A stretch of 64,000 nucleotides of DNA from an uncultured Bacteroidales bacterium (GTDB lineage Bacteria > Bacteroidota > Bacteroidia > Bacteroidales > ML635J-15), in the NCBI GenBank assembly GCA_964615585.1, contig CAZTNS010000001.1:1456-65455 (forward strand). The letters are read 5' to 3'. The position numbers were made by a program, and so were the translations under genes. The notes beneath the pieces were generated by a model that saw nothing but the letters and a program-made list of their open reading frames with translations, ran no database searches and was not told where the DNA came from. Shown in pieces: positions 17,200 to 26,758 of the stretch (position 1 is the stretch's first letter; every line of letters starts with the position of its first letter).

Positions 17200-18081
17200 A
17201 TGAAATGCATAATTGATACAATTGGAAATACCCCTGTTTTTGCATTAAAGAACATACAGTTGAGAGAAGGGATACAGGTGTACGGAAAATTTGAAGGCAT
17301 GAATCCGGGAGGTTCGGTAAAAGACCGTCCGGCATTGTATATGACAGAACAAGCTGAAAAACGTGGCGATTTATGTCAGGGTAAGACCATTTTGGAAGCC
17401 AGCAGTGGGAATATGGGCATTTCTCTTGCCATGATTGGTGCTGTAAAAACATATCCGGTGACAATTGTCATGTCAGAAGGGATGAGCATGGAAAGGCGGA
17501 AAATAATGCAATCGCTTGGAGCTGATATTATATTGACAGATCCTGCTTTAGGAACACAAGGCGCCATTGAAAAGGCACGTATCTTAGCACAAGACAATCC
17601 TGACAAATACTGGTTTGTAAATCAATTTAGCAATCCTGATAACCTGAAGGCTCATTATCATGGACTGGGAAGGGAGCTGGTTCAGGCATTTCCTGATGTT
17701 GATGCGGTGATTGGAGGTACAGGCACTTCCGGTACGCTTATGGGAACTGCCATACAATTCAGCGAATCCGGTTTAAATACAAAATTCATTGCTGCTATTC
17801 CTCCTGTTTCATATGTCATTCAGGGAATTCAGAATCCGTATAAAGATTTTATGCCAGGGGTTTATGATGTTGCCCTGCTCAATCAGGAAGTGGATGTCAC
17901 CGCGGATGAAGCTGCATATTGGTGTAAAATGCTGGCTTCTAAAGAAGGACTGTTTACAGGAATGAGTTCTGGTGCTGCCATGGCAGCCACTGCCAAAGTA
18001 GCTAAAAGCCGGAATGAAGGTAAGTTGCTTGTTATTTTGCCCGACCGGGGAGAGAGGTACTTGAGCATGGGAATATATTAA
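17200..18081 (+). CDS. PLP-dependent cysteine synthase family protein
   Basis: IGNTP...NPGGSVKDRPA (PLP lysine), SSGN, GTGGT-like GGTGTSGT. Start set at ATG 17200 (MKCIIDTIGNTP). Confidence 0.85.
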   Translation: MKCIIDTIGNTPVFALKNIQLREGIQVYGKFEGMNPGGSVKDRPALYMTEQAEKRGDLCQGKTILEASSGNMGISLAMIGAVKTYPVTIVMSEGMSMERRKIMQSLGADIILTDPALGTQGAIEKARILAQDNPDKYWFVNQFSNPDNLKAHYHGLGRELVQAFPDVDAVIGGTGTSGTLMGTAIQFSESGLNTKFIAAIPPVSYVIQGIQNPYKDFMPGVYDVALLNQEVDVTADEAAYWCKMLASKEGLFTGMSSGAAMAATAKVAKSRNEGKLLVILPDRGERYLSMGIY

Positions 18082-18101
18082 TCCGGTATATAAAAAACAG
18101 T

Positions 18102-18133
18102 AAAGGGGATCATCTTTTACGATGTCCCCTTTT
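18102..18133. terminator. Hairpin between convergent cysteine synthase gene and RNase P RNA
   Basis: aaagggga (18102-18109) pairs with tccccttt (18125-18132), flanked by A-run and T-run. Confidence 0.5.
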
Positions 18134-18199
18134 GCACATTGCATCGCCGTAGCGTTGAAATGTTCCAGGTTACAGTTATTCTGCCCGTTCAGCTTTGTT

Positions 18200-18600
18200 A
18201 AAATACCGTGAGGTCATCAACTCTACTGAACCTGAACCGGTGCTGTACAGATGTTGCCACCTTTTTATCCGGTTTTTGTCCTCCCGAAGCCATCCGGGCG
18301 TGAACCCTTCTGTACTGCTCCGGCTCTCAACAGTTTTACCTGTTGTTTGCCTTTGCGCTCCGGGTGCCGGCTTAAACAACGTCGGGAACTTAATCCTTCT
18401 GCTGTTCTTACCGGAGTGAGCCGCCTTATCACATCTCTGTGTGTCTGGCTTTTCACCTGGCTACAAACGGTGGGCATCTCATCTCCGAAGCCTTACAACT
18501 TCGTTTCTTGTTGAAGCCCTTTCCGGAACTTTCTTCTTCCGTAGAAAAAGACTCTTCCGGATTTGCTTCCCGTTTTCAGCAGGCTTTTATCTCTCACCTG
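18200..18600 (-). ncRNA. rnpB: RNase P RNA, bacterial type A (ends approximate)
   Basis: The minus-strand read contains, in order: GAAGAAAGUUCCGG (CR-I-like), GUGAUAAGGCGG..CCGGUAAGAACAGC (CR-II-like), GUUUAAGCCGGCACCCGGAGCGCAAAGGCAAACAACAGG (CR-III-like) and UACAGCACCGGUUCA (CR-V-like). 5' CUGCUGAA pairs with 3' UUCAGUAG. The region is GC-rich, with only short overlapping ORFs on both strands. Confidence 0.65.
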
Positions 18601-18607
18601 GTATTTA

Positions 18608-18615
18608 CAAATATA
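18608..18615 (-). promoter_or_regulatory. Bacteroidetes -7 promoter box (TAnnTTTG) for the RNase P RNA
   Basis: Minus strand reads TATATTTG, about 8 nt upstream of the predicted RNA 5' end. Confidence 0.4.
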
Positions 18616-18852
18616 GGGCATGTAATACTCCCAAACCAAATTTATTTGTTTGTTTTAATCAACAGGTTTTCCACAGGGTTATCAACATTTTATTAACATT
18701 CGTTTATTTTTTGAATGCAGCGATATATCAATAATTGAACTCTGGTTTTCTAATGGTAAGCATGAGTACTAACAATGAACGCCAATTCTAGTTATAAACA
18801 AACCAGTGATTTTTTTGGTAAAAATCAGGTGGAAAAAACGCGTGAAAAATGC

Positions 18853-18890
18853 AAAAAATTAAAAAGTTGCCTGATTTATTTCAGGCAACT
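18853..18890 (-). terminator. Rho-independent terminator of the aldehyde dehydrogenase gene
   Basis: agttgcctga / tcaggcaact 10-bp stem; on the minus strand it is followed by a T-rich run. Confidence 0.6.
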
Positions 18891-18931
18891 TTTATTGAAA
18901 TCTAAGGGTGATTTATTAAACCATAGCTTTG

Positions 18932-20479
18932 TTAATCCAGGTCAAATTTGATACCCTGAGCCAGAGGCAGTTCTTTGCTGTAGTTGATGGTGTTTGTCTG
19001 ACGGCGCATGTATGCTTTCCATGCATCTGAACCGGATTCGCGTCCGCCGCCGGTGTCTTTTTCACCACCAAACGCTCCGCCGATTTCTGCGCCGCTGGTT
19101 CCTATATTGACGTTTGCAATGCCACAATCGGATCCAACCTCTGACAAGAAAAGTTGTTCTTCACGGACATCCCGTGTAAAGCAAGATGAGGACAATCCTT
19201 GTGGTACATCGTTGTGGATTTCAAGGGCTTCCTCAAAATCGCTGTATTTGAGCAGGTAGAGCAGGGGAGCAAAGGTTTCTTCCTGTACGATGTTGAATTT
19301 ATTTTCGGCTTCGGCCAGTGCCGGCACAACGTAATTTCCGCTTTCAAAGCCTTTGCCTGATAGTACATCGCCACCAAAAATAACTTTTCCGCCTTCGCGT
19401 TCCACTTCTTTAAGGGCAAATGTAAAATCTTCCACAGCTCCTTTTCCAATCAGCGGGCCAACCAATGTGTTTTCATCAAGCGGATTGCCGATTTTGCCTT
19501 CAACTTGTTTGTATGCATTCACCAGCCGTTTTTTGATGTCATCATAAATGCTGTCATGAATGATGAGGCGGCGGGTGGAAGTACAACGTTGTCCGGCTGT
19601 GCCAACCGATCCAAAAACAATGGCCGGAATAAGCATGTCAATGTCTGCCGATGGTGTGATAATGATGGCGTTGTTGCCACCGAGTTCGAGGATGGTTTTG
19701 CCCAGGCGTTTGCCTACAATGCCGCCAACCCTTTTTCCAACGCGTGTGCTGCCTGTAACAGAAAAGAGAGGTATTCTTTTGTCTTCGGCAAAATTATCAC
19801 CCAATACGGATGATTTGGCTATACAGAGGTTAAATACACCTTCCGGTACATTGTTTTCTTTCAGAACCTTGCTGATGATGTTATGTATGGCGATGGCCGT
19901 TAGCGGTGTTTTGGATGATGGTTTCCATATCACCACGTCACCTGCCACTGCTGCGATCATTGAGTTCCATGCCCACACCGCTACCGGGAAATTAAAAGCA
20001 GTGATCACACCAACAACGCCCAGCGGGTGATACTGGTCCATGATCCGGTGTTCTGGCCTTTCGGAATGCATGGTAAACCCATTCAGCAAACGACTCTGGC
20101 CGGTAGCAAAATCGCATATATCAATCATTTCCTGTACTTCACCAAGACCTTCCTGGTATATTTTACCCATCTCATAAGTTACCAGGGCACCCAGGTCTTC
20201 TTTTGACTCGCGCAATGCCAGCCCGATCTGGCGTACAATTTCACCGCGATGAGGTGCCGGCATTTTACGCCATTGCTTGAATGCTGACTGGGCTTTGGCC
20301 ATTACCTCTTCGTACTCTTCGATGCTTGCGTTTTTTACTTTGGCAATTTCAGACCCGTCGATGGGTGTACTTGATGTTGTCACAGCACCTTTGCCTTCCA
20401 GAAATTCGGCACCGGTTGTTACACCACTGTTGACGTCTTTAATACCAAGATTTTTAAGTGTTTTCTTAATGTCAATCAT
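18932..20479 (-). CDS. Aldehyde dehydrogenase family protein, ALDH7 (aminoadipate-semialdehyde dehydrogenase)-like
   Basis: ELGGNN, catalytic GQRCTS, and N-terminal LGIKDVNSGV...IDGSEIA typical of the ALDH7-like clade. Confidence 0.85.
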   Translation of the reverse strand: MIDIKKTLKNLGIKDVNSGVTTGAEFLEGKGAVTTSSTPIDGSEIAKVKNASIEEYEEVMAKAQSAFKQWRKMPAPHRGEIVRQIGLALRESKEDLGALVTYEMGKIYQEGLGEVQEMIDICDFATGQSRLLNGFTMHSERPEHRIMDQYHPLGVVGVITAFNFPVAVWAWNSMIAAVAGDVVIWKPSSKTPLTAIAIHNIISKVLKENNVPEGVFNLCIAKSSVLGDNFAEDKRIPLFSVTGSTRVGKRVGGIVGKRLGKTILELGGNNAIIITPSADIDMLIPAIVFGSVGTAGQRCTSTRRLIIHDSIYDDIKKRLVNAYKQVEGKIGNPLDENTLVGPLIGKGAVEDFTFALKEVEREGGKVIFGGDVLSGKGFESGNYVVPALAEAENKFNIVQEETFAPLLYLLKYSDFEEALEIHNDVPQGLSSSCFTRDVREEQLFLSEVGSDCGIANVNIGTSGAEIGGAFGGEKDTGGGRESGSDAWKAYMRRQTNTINYSKELPLAQGIKFDLD

Positions 20480-20629
20480 ATCATTTTAATTTTTTGTGAT
20501 TATTTATTTTGTAACAAAGATGAGAAAAATTGATGGAACATACATTGTCTGATAATGATGTTTTTTAAACATTTTTATTTTTTTTAACAGAAGAACGCTA
20601 CCTGGTATAAAGTCCCTTTTGCAACATTT

Positions 20630-21229
20630 TTACGATTTCTGATGAAAAAGACTGATCAGGGTTTTTGCAATAATTGTGATGTCTGTGGTAAACTTTTTTT
20701 CCAGTATATATTTTTTATTTAAAGCCAGCTTGTCAGGCATGATCTCGTTGATGTACGTTTTTTCGGGATCGCTGGATGCTGCCAGTAAATCATTTTCATT
20801 TGCATATTCAATCGAGGCATAGTCTGTGATGCCGGGTTTTACCTGCAAAACTTTCCGTTGTTCGTCAGTGTACATGGAAACGTATTTAGGAACTTCGGGA
20901 CGCGGCCCCACGATGCTCATGTCGCCATTCAACACATTGATAAGCTGAGGGAGTTCGTCCAGTTTGTATTTCCTGATAAAACGGCCTGTTTTTGTGATGC
21001 GTTTGTCATTGCTCCCAACAGTGAGTTGCCCTTTTTGATCACTGTTTATTTTCATACTCCGGAATTTCAATATTGAAAACAATTTACCGTGTTTTCCAAC
21101 CCTTTGTTGTTTGAAAAATATGCCACCTCGACTATCCATGCAAATAGCAATACCAAGTATAATAAATACAGGACTGCATATTATCAGCCCAATGAGGGAA
21201 AATATAATATCAAACAAACGTTTACTCAT
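20630..21229 (-). CDS. Small monotopic phosphoglycosyl (sugar) transferase, PglC/EpsL-like
   Basis: KRLFDIIFSLIGLI...PVFI...FKQQRVGKHGK.F...KFRSM...DELPQL.NVL.GDMS.VGPRP. Confidence 0.88.
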   Translation of the reverse strand: MSKRLFDIIFSLIGLIICSPVFIILGIAICMDSRGGIFFKQQRVGKHGKLFSILKFRSMKINSDQKGQLTVGSNDKRITKTGRFIRKYKLDELPQLINVLNGDMSIVGPRPEVPKYVSMYTDEQRKVLQVKPGITDYASIEYANENDLLAASSDPEKTYINEIMPDKLALNKKYILEKKFTTDITIIAKTLISLFHQKS

Positions 21230-22437
21230 TATGATAAAGTTTTGTTTACCGCTGCTTTTACTGTTTCAATGACAGTATGCACATTTTCATCGCTTAACGT
21301 GTAATACACCGGAAGGGATATTTCGTGTTCGTAATGACTGAAAGCGTTTGGGTAATCTTCCATGTTGAATCCTGCATTTTTGTAAAAGCTAAGCATCGGC
21401 ATGGGTTGATAATGTACATTGACCGCCACTTCATGTTTGAAAATTTCTTCAATGATCTGATCACGAGTGTTTTCGTTGATGCCTTTTATTCTCAGTTGAT
21501 ACAAATGAAATGAGCTGGTTTTGTCACTGCTGTACATGGGTGGTAATATTGCCCAATCCATGTTTTCAAAAGCCTTGTTGTAGGTGTCAACGATTTTTTC
21601 CCGCCGCTTCAGGGTGTCATCCTTATACCGCGAAAGCTCCACAATGCCCATGCTTGCCTGAATGTCTGTCATATTGGCTTTGTACCCGGCTGCAAAAACA
21701 TCGTATCGCCAGTTTCCGATTTTGCTTTTTGCAAGGGCATCTTTGCTTTGTCCATGCAGGCTCATGATGTTCAACTCCTTGTAAATAGCATCAGTATCAA
21801 AATCCCCAGGCAGATTCAACGCGATGGCGCCTCCTTCTGATGTGGTTAGGTTTTTAACCGCATGAAAAGAAAACACACTGATATCAGCCAGAGAGCCAAC
21901 CGGTTTCCCTTTGTATATGCCACCCAGTGAATGAGCTGCATCTGCCAACACCAATATTCGCCCGAGTCGTTTTTGAAGATCATTCCTGGGTTTAAACTGT
22001 GCTTTTTTTTCTTCGATGATCTTGTATATATCATCATAATCGGCAGGGTAACCACCTAAATCAACAGGGATGATGACTTTGGTGTTTTCAGTGATGGCCG
22101 CTTCGATTTTTTCAGGGCTGATGTTAAAATCATTGTTGTTGCAATCCACCATAACCACTTTTGCACCGCAATGTACAATCACATTGGCCGTGGCACAATA
22201 CGTATAGGCAGGAACGATCACTTCATCGCCCGGTCCAATGCCAAACCATCTTAGCATCAATTCCAGCCCGGTTGTGTTGGCATTGGTGCAAAGCACATGG
22301 GGCACGCCGGCAAATTTGGCAAGCTCTTTTTCAAAGCGTTTGGTTTTTGGCCCCGTAGTGATCCAGCCCGACCTGAGTGTGTCATTCACTTCGTCTATGA
22401 TTTTCTGATCAATGCGTGGCGGAGAAAATGGGATCAT
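21229..22437 (-). CDS. DegT/DnrJ/EryC1/StrS-family sugar aminotransferase (PglE/EpsN-like)
   Basis: N-terminal IPFSPP.I..., PLP-lysine context SFHAVKNLTTSEGG. 1-nt overlap with the downstream transferase gene. Confidence 0.88.
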   Translation of the reverse strand: MIPFSPPRIDQKIIDEVNDTLRSGWITTGPKTKRFEKELAKFAGVPHVLCTNANTTGLELMLRWFGIGPGDEVIVPAYTYCATANVIVHCGAKVVMVDCNNNDFNISPEKIEAAITENTKVIIPVDLGGYPADYDDIYKIIEEKKAQFKPRNDLQKRLGRILVLADAAHSLGGIYKGKPVGSLADISVFSFHAVKNLTTSEGGAIALNLPGDFDTDAIYKELNIMSLHGQSKDALAKSKIGNWRYDVFAAGYKANMTDIQASMGIVELSRYKDDTLKRREKIVDTYNKAFENMDWAILPPMYSSDKTSSFHLYQLRIKGINENTRDQIIEEIFKHEVAVNVHYQPMPMLSFYKNAGFNMEDYPNAFSHYEHEISLPVYYTLSDENVHTVIETVKAAVNKTLS

Positions 22438-23693
22438 AATCTTGCAAATTTTTGTTGTTGATACGAAAATAAAACCAGAAAAAAGGCAATAAATTGTACG
22501 CCGGATTGGGTTTCAAGAATGGCTTCAAACAAAAAATGTATGAATACCATCAAAATAAAGATCCATATAATGCCTTCGAATTTAGCTTTGTGATTTACAA
22601 TGATAAAAACAAAACTCATAATCAGCAAAATGCTGGCAAATATGCCGGAGGATAGTTGGGTTTGAAAAAATTGATTATGGCAGTTCAGGCGTTTTTGTGC
22701 AGCCACGTAAAAATTATTTTTTTTGTATTGTTCTGTCAGTTTATCGGTTGTGTCTCCGGCACCCGTTCCCGTCCAAAAATGCTCAGGAATAAGCGTTGTG
22801 CAGGTTTTCCAGATTTGCAATCTTGTGTCACGCAACTCAATGGATTTATTTTTGTTTATCAGGTTACTGATGGTATTGTTCATTCTTACGTTATAATTGA
22901 CAATTAAACACACAATTACGAGGCTGCCTGTCAAAAGAGCGATGTTTTTTATGTTTTTATGTTTTAATACGCGCATGAAGCTTTCAACAGCCAATGCAAA
23001 AATAAACGCCAGGATACCTGCTTTTGAGGAAATCATAAATACCATACCTGCGTGCAGAAAAAACAGGATGAGGGCAGGAAGTCTGTGTTTTAACTGATGT
23101 TTGCGCATAAGATACAGTATCGCCAGAGCGGCAAAACCAACATAAAATGCGTAATAGCTTGTGTGATGAAAACCGGATATCCTTTCGTAAAAAAACCATG
23201 CGGTATTGTTGGTTTGGATGTAGTGAGAAAAACTGATCAGAAAATTGACAAGAATTGAAAGGCTTGTCCCCAGGATGAATGCTTTGAGTAAATTGAATAT
23301 CTGTTGTTTCTTAAATGAAGCTGAGGGAATCAACAACAAGGGCAGCATCAGGTAGCTGAATTTAACCGACAGTTTGACTATGGTTTCCTCTGTGTTGCTG
23401 GTGAAAAATAAATTGAGGACATACAGAAGGTACAATCCCAATAAACACCATGATGAATAATTGTTAAGCCATGTGGGAAAAGCAATTTTCCATCTGTACC
23501 CGAAAATGGCAACAACTCCCATCAAGGATATAAAGACCACAGGAAGTATTTTTAAAAAAGGCAAAGATGCAACATACAGCAAGCTCAACACATAAACCGG
23601 ATCGTTCAGTCCCGTGAATTTTTTCACCCAGGCTTTTAGCATCCGGTTTGGTTCAGGTTGAAAGAAATCGCGTGTATGTTGTTTGTTTATCAT
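22434..23693 (-). CDS. O-antigen ligase / polymerase family (Wzy_C) membrane protein
   Basis: About 10-12 TM segments. Wzy_C-like SSKAGILAFIF and periplasmic-loop HNQFFQTQLSSGI. Confidence 0.7.
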   Translation of the reverse strand: MINKQHTRDFFQPEPNRMLKAWVKKFTGLNDPVYVLSLLYVASLPFLKILPVVFISLMGVVAIFGYRWKIAFPTWLNNYSSWCLLGLYLLYVLNLFFTSNTEETIVKLSVKFSYLMLPLLLIPSASFKKQQIFNLLKAFILGTSLSILVNFLISFSHYIQTNNTAWFFYERISGFHHTSYYAFYVGFAALAILYLMRKHQLKHRLPALILFFLHAGMVFMISSKAGILAFIFALAVESFMRVLKHKNIKNIALLTGSLVIVCLIVNYNVRMNNTISNLINKNKSIELRDTRLQIWKTCTTLIPEHFWTGTGAGDTTDKLTEQYKKNNFYVAAQKRLNCHNQFFQTQLSSGIFASILLIMSFVFIIVNHKAKFEGIIWIFILMVFIHFLFEAILETQSGVQFIAFFLVLFSYQQQKFARL

Positions 23694-24505
23694 TACAAAG
23701 CATTTCCGTTGCTTTCCACAGGTTTGATTTTAAACCATATCCTAATGGGTTCAGGCATGTTATTTGCTGTGTTGCCGGTATGGCCGGTACTGTTCATAGG
23801 CCGGTTTCCACTGATGGGTGACCCTTGCGTAATGGGATTGTTGTAGTTGGGGTTTTGCATGTTTACATTTTGGTCATCGTCATTGTCATCAGGTTCCGGT
23901 ATTTCTCCGCTCAAAATACCAATAGTTAAAGTTTCCGGTAAACTATCCATGCCAAACATGTTCAATGGGATGGAGGCTTTATATTCGAGGTTGTCATTCT
24001 CAAAATTCATGCTGATATCCAAATCGTTGTGCAGCGCAAATAAATTGAAATTTTCTTCTTCGTTGTCCTGGATCAATGTAAAGGATGAACTGATGTTTTT
24101 TTGGATTTCATTTAAATTGTTTTTATCGGGAAGGTTTGGTGTGGTTCCCTGGGTTGGTATCACTGACAATTGTTGAACAGCACCTTGAATCGGATAAATG
24201 AACCCCTGGTCTTTTTTGCGCTTTCCTTCCTTGTCGATGTAAACTTCCAGCCCGTGAGCAAATATTTTAAAAATGCTGCTTTGATCCGACACATCAAAAA
24301 ACAAAAAGAGCATGGAATCGTTGTGATATACATCATAACGTATCTTACTCTCAGGATCATAATGGGAGTAGGGAAGTTCATTGTCTGAGTGAACAATATC
24401 AGCAGGGCTTTCCATATATTTGCATTCATATACCGGGAGTTTCTTACAAGCAGCCAGTGTTACCAGTATCGAAGTAAATAAAAAGCATTTACGCAATGTT
24501 TTCAT
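23693..24505 (-). CDS. Lipoprotein of unknown function with Asn/Pro-rich C-terminal tail
   Basis: Lipobox LVTLAAC. No recognisable catalytic motif. Tail NVNMQNPNYNNPITQGSPISGNRPMNSTGHTGNTANN. Confidence 0.5.
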   Translation of the reverse strand: MKTLRKCFLFTSILVTLAACKKLPVYECKYMESPADIVHSDNELPYSHYDPESKIRYDVYHNDSMLFLFFDVSDQSSIFKIFAHGLEVYIDKEGKRKKDQGFIYPIQGAVQQLSVIPTQGTTPNLPDKNNLNEIQKNISSSFTLIQDNEEENFNLFALHNDLDISMNFENDNLEYKASIPLNMFGMDSLPETLTIGILSGEIPEPDDNDDDQNVNMQNPNYNNPITQGSPISGNRPMNSTGHTGNTANNMPEPIRIWFKIKPVESNGNAL

Positions 24506-25254
24506 ATAGCTAATGTATTTTTTGGATATTCTGTTTTGATAAGATACAAACCATGTGCCGGAACAGATTGTCCCGCTGCAGAACGGTCATGGGCTTCAAT
24601 CACGGATTCGATGTGTTCTGGTTTTTCTATACCGTACCCTATAGGTAATACGCTGCCAACAATGGCCCTGACCATATTTCTGAGAAACCGGTCGGCCGTA
24701 ATTTTAAATAATACCCGATGATCATTTTGCTGCCATGAGGCATGCTGTATATGGCAAAGGTTTGTCTTTGTATCGGTGTGTAGTTTACTGAAAGATGTGA
24801 AATCTGTGTGTTGCACAAGGTATGTACACGCAGCATTCATGGCATCAACATCAGGTTGCTTGTGTATCAACATGCTTCTTCCACATAAAAACGGGTCTTT
24901 CATGGTATGGAGGTAGTAATGGTATGTTCTGCTGATGGCGTCGAAACGGGCGTGTGCTTCATTGTTTACGGGAATGATGTTATAAACCGCAATGTCATCA
25001 GGTAAATAACTATTGACATGATGATTAAAATCCTGTATGGAATCAATCAGGCAGGTAAGGTCAAAGTGCAGGTAAAATGACCTTGCATGTACACCTGAAT
25101 CGGTACGCCCGCATCCGGTAACGGTAATGTTTTCCCGCAACAGCCTGGTAAGGCCTTTTTCGATGATTTCCTGTACGGTAATGGCATTTGGCTGTTTTTG
25201 CCAGCCGTGATAGTTTGACCCATCGTATGCTATTTCCATAAAATATCTTACCAT
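24502..25254 (-). CDS. truA: tRNA pseudouridine(38-40) synthase TruA
   Basis: IAYDGSNYHGWQKQPN...GCGRTDSGVHA (catalytic Asp). Confidence 0.92.
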   Translation of the reverse strand: MVRYFMEIAYDGSNYHGWQKQPNAITVQEIIEKGLTRLLRENITVTGCGRTDSGVHARSFYLHFDLTCLIDSIQDFNHHVNSYLPDDIAVYNIIPVNNEAHARFDAISRTYHYYLHTMKDPFLCGRSMLIHKQPDVDAMNAACTYLVQHTDFTSFSKLHTDTKTNLCHIQHASWQQNDHRVLFKITADRFLRNMVRAIVGSVLPIGYGIEKPEHIESVIEAHDRSAAGQSVPAHGLYLIKTEYPKNTLAI

Positions 25255-25367
25255 AACCTTGCAAAGTTAAAAAATTGTGTGAAATCCATGCTTTTTGACA
25301 ATGCCATAAATAGAGTTTGTCTATAATGTCAAAAATGTTTTGAAGATTGAAATAAGTGATGTATATT

Positions 25368-25375
25368 TATGTTTG
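25368..25375 (+). promoter_or_regulatory. TAnnTTTG -7 box upstream of pgi
   Basis: TATGTTTG, 42 nt upstream of ATG 25417. Confidence 0.35.
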
Positions 25376-25416
25376 AAAAATTGAATTGTCCGGATTGATA
25401 ATAAAAAAGAAAGTTT

Positions 25417-26697
25417 ATGCTTAAATATGTCAACGACTCAACAGGAAAACTGATTGGAGAAGAGAAATGGGATGCATATCTGCAAAAGATGAATAAGCAA
25501 AACATCAAATTGCATGATGGTTCGGCAAAGGGAAGTGATTTTCTCGGCTGGGTGGATTTGCCTAAAGCCATTGTAAATGATCTGCCTGATTCATACAATA
25601 AAGCTGTAGCAATGATGAAAGGTATGGATGTGGTTGTATGTGTGGGCATCGGGGGTTCTTACCTTGGCGCTAAGGCTGTACTGGAAGCGCTTAAAGATAC
25701 GCTTACATCCAATGTTCCTGAAATTTTGTTTGCCGGTCATCATCTGGATGCTGATTATCATCATGATCTGCTTACTTACCTGGAAAATAAAAATTTTGGA
25801 GTGATGGTGATCAGTAAATCAGGTACCACCACTGAGCCGGCCATCGCATTTCGCCTGCTGACAGACCTTTTGAAAAAACAGGGACACGGAAAACAGTTGC
25901 ACAAGCATATTATCGCCATCACGGATGCAAAGAAAGGAGCCTTGCGCACGCTTGCCGATGAATTAAACCTGATGTCTTTTGTTGTGCCGGACGATGTGGG
26001 AGGGAGGTACTCGGTTTTTACGCCCGTAGGTTTGGTTCCCCTGGTTGTTGCCGGTGTGGATATAAAAGCACTGCTTGAAGGCGCCAAAGCTATGTCAGAG
26101 GAAGTAGGATATGAGCAATTGCCGGGTAAAAACCCTGCCCTCCAATATGCCGCTTTCCGGAAATTGATGTGGGACAAAAACAAAAGCGTGGAAATACTGG
26201 CCAATGCACAGCCATCGTTAGCTTATGTTGCCGAATGGTGGAAGCAATTGTTTGGTGAAAGTGAAGGCAAAGAAAAAAAAGGCCTTTTTCCTGCCAGCAT
26301 CAATTTAACAACTGACCTGCATTCACTTGGTCAGTTTATTCAGGAAGGAAATCCGCTGATGTTTGAGACCTTTCTTGAAATTAGCTACCCGGATAATTCA
26401 TTGACAATACCACATGATGAGGCCAACCGCGACAATTTGAATTACATCGCAGGGAAACCTGTTTCTTATGTCAATCAGCAAGCCGCAGAAGGCACGTATC
26501 AGGCTCATAAAGATGGTGGGGTGCCGGTATCGCGCATTGTTATTGATAAAAAAGATGCATATCACCTGGGAATGCTTTTGTATTTCTTTGAAAAAGCCTG
26601 TGGCATGAGTGCGTATGCCTTGGGTGTTAATCCGTTCAACCAACCCGGGGTGGAGGCGTATAAAAACAACATGTTTAATTTACTCGGTAAGAAATGA
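25417..26697 (+). CDS. pgi: Glucose-6-phosphate isomerase (short bacterial type)
   Basis: DFLGWVDLP, GIGGSYLG, ISKSGTTTEP, GESEGK. Confidence 0.92.
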   Translation: MLKYVNDSTGKLIGEEKWDAYLQKMNKQNIKLHDGSAKGSDFLGWVDLPKAIVNDLPDSYNKAVAMMKGMDVVVCVGIGGSYLGAKAVLEALKDTLTSNVPEILFAGHHLDADYHHDLLTYLENKNFGVMVISKSGTTTEPAIAFRLLTDLLKKQGHGKQLHKHIIAITDAKKGALRTLADELNLMSFVVPDDVGGRYSVFTPVGLVPLVVAGVDIKALLEGAKAMSEEVGYEQLPGKNPALQYAAFRKLMWDKNKSVEILANAQPSLAYVAEWWKQLFGESEGKEKKGLFPASINLTTDLHSLGQFIQEGNPLMFETFLEISYPDNSLTIPHDEANRDNLNYIAGKPVSYVNQQAAEGTYQAHKDGGVPVSRIVIDKKDAYHLGMLLYFFEKACGMSAYALGVNPFNQPGVEAYKNNMFNLLGKK

Positions 26698-26758
26698 ATC
26701 CATTCACTAAAATAATTTTTTCCTGTTTGTAATTATCTGCCGGTAGCAGGAAAACTGC

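Noticed and set aside
17108-17464. 118-aa minus-strand ORF overlapping the cysteine synthase start and its upstream terminator
   Set aside because: It spans an intrinsic terminator and is antisense to a well-supported CDS.
18565-18585. Alternative assignment of the RNase P P4 5' strand to GGAAGCAAAUCCGGAAG
   Set aside because: It pairs neatly with CCGGUU, with a bulged U. However, it leaves no room for P2/P3 and conflicts with the CCGGAAGA-GUCU-UUUUC-UA-CGG hairpin followed by AAGAAGAAAGUUCCGG, which matches the P3-J3/4-P4 layout better. It is kept only as a caveat.
18176-18734. Cluster of 67-97-aa ORFs on both strands
   Set aside because: They overlap one another in a GC-rich segment that reads as a structured RNA (RNase P RNA). 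The translations are Pro/Arg/Ser-rich nonsense.
25329-25649. 106-aa minus-strand ORF overlapping the pgi start
   Set aside because: It is antisense to pgi, with no motifs.
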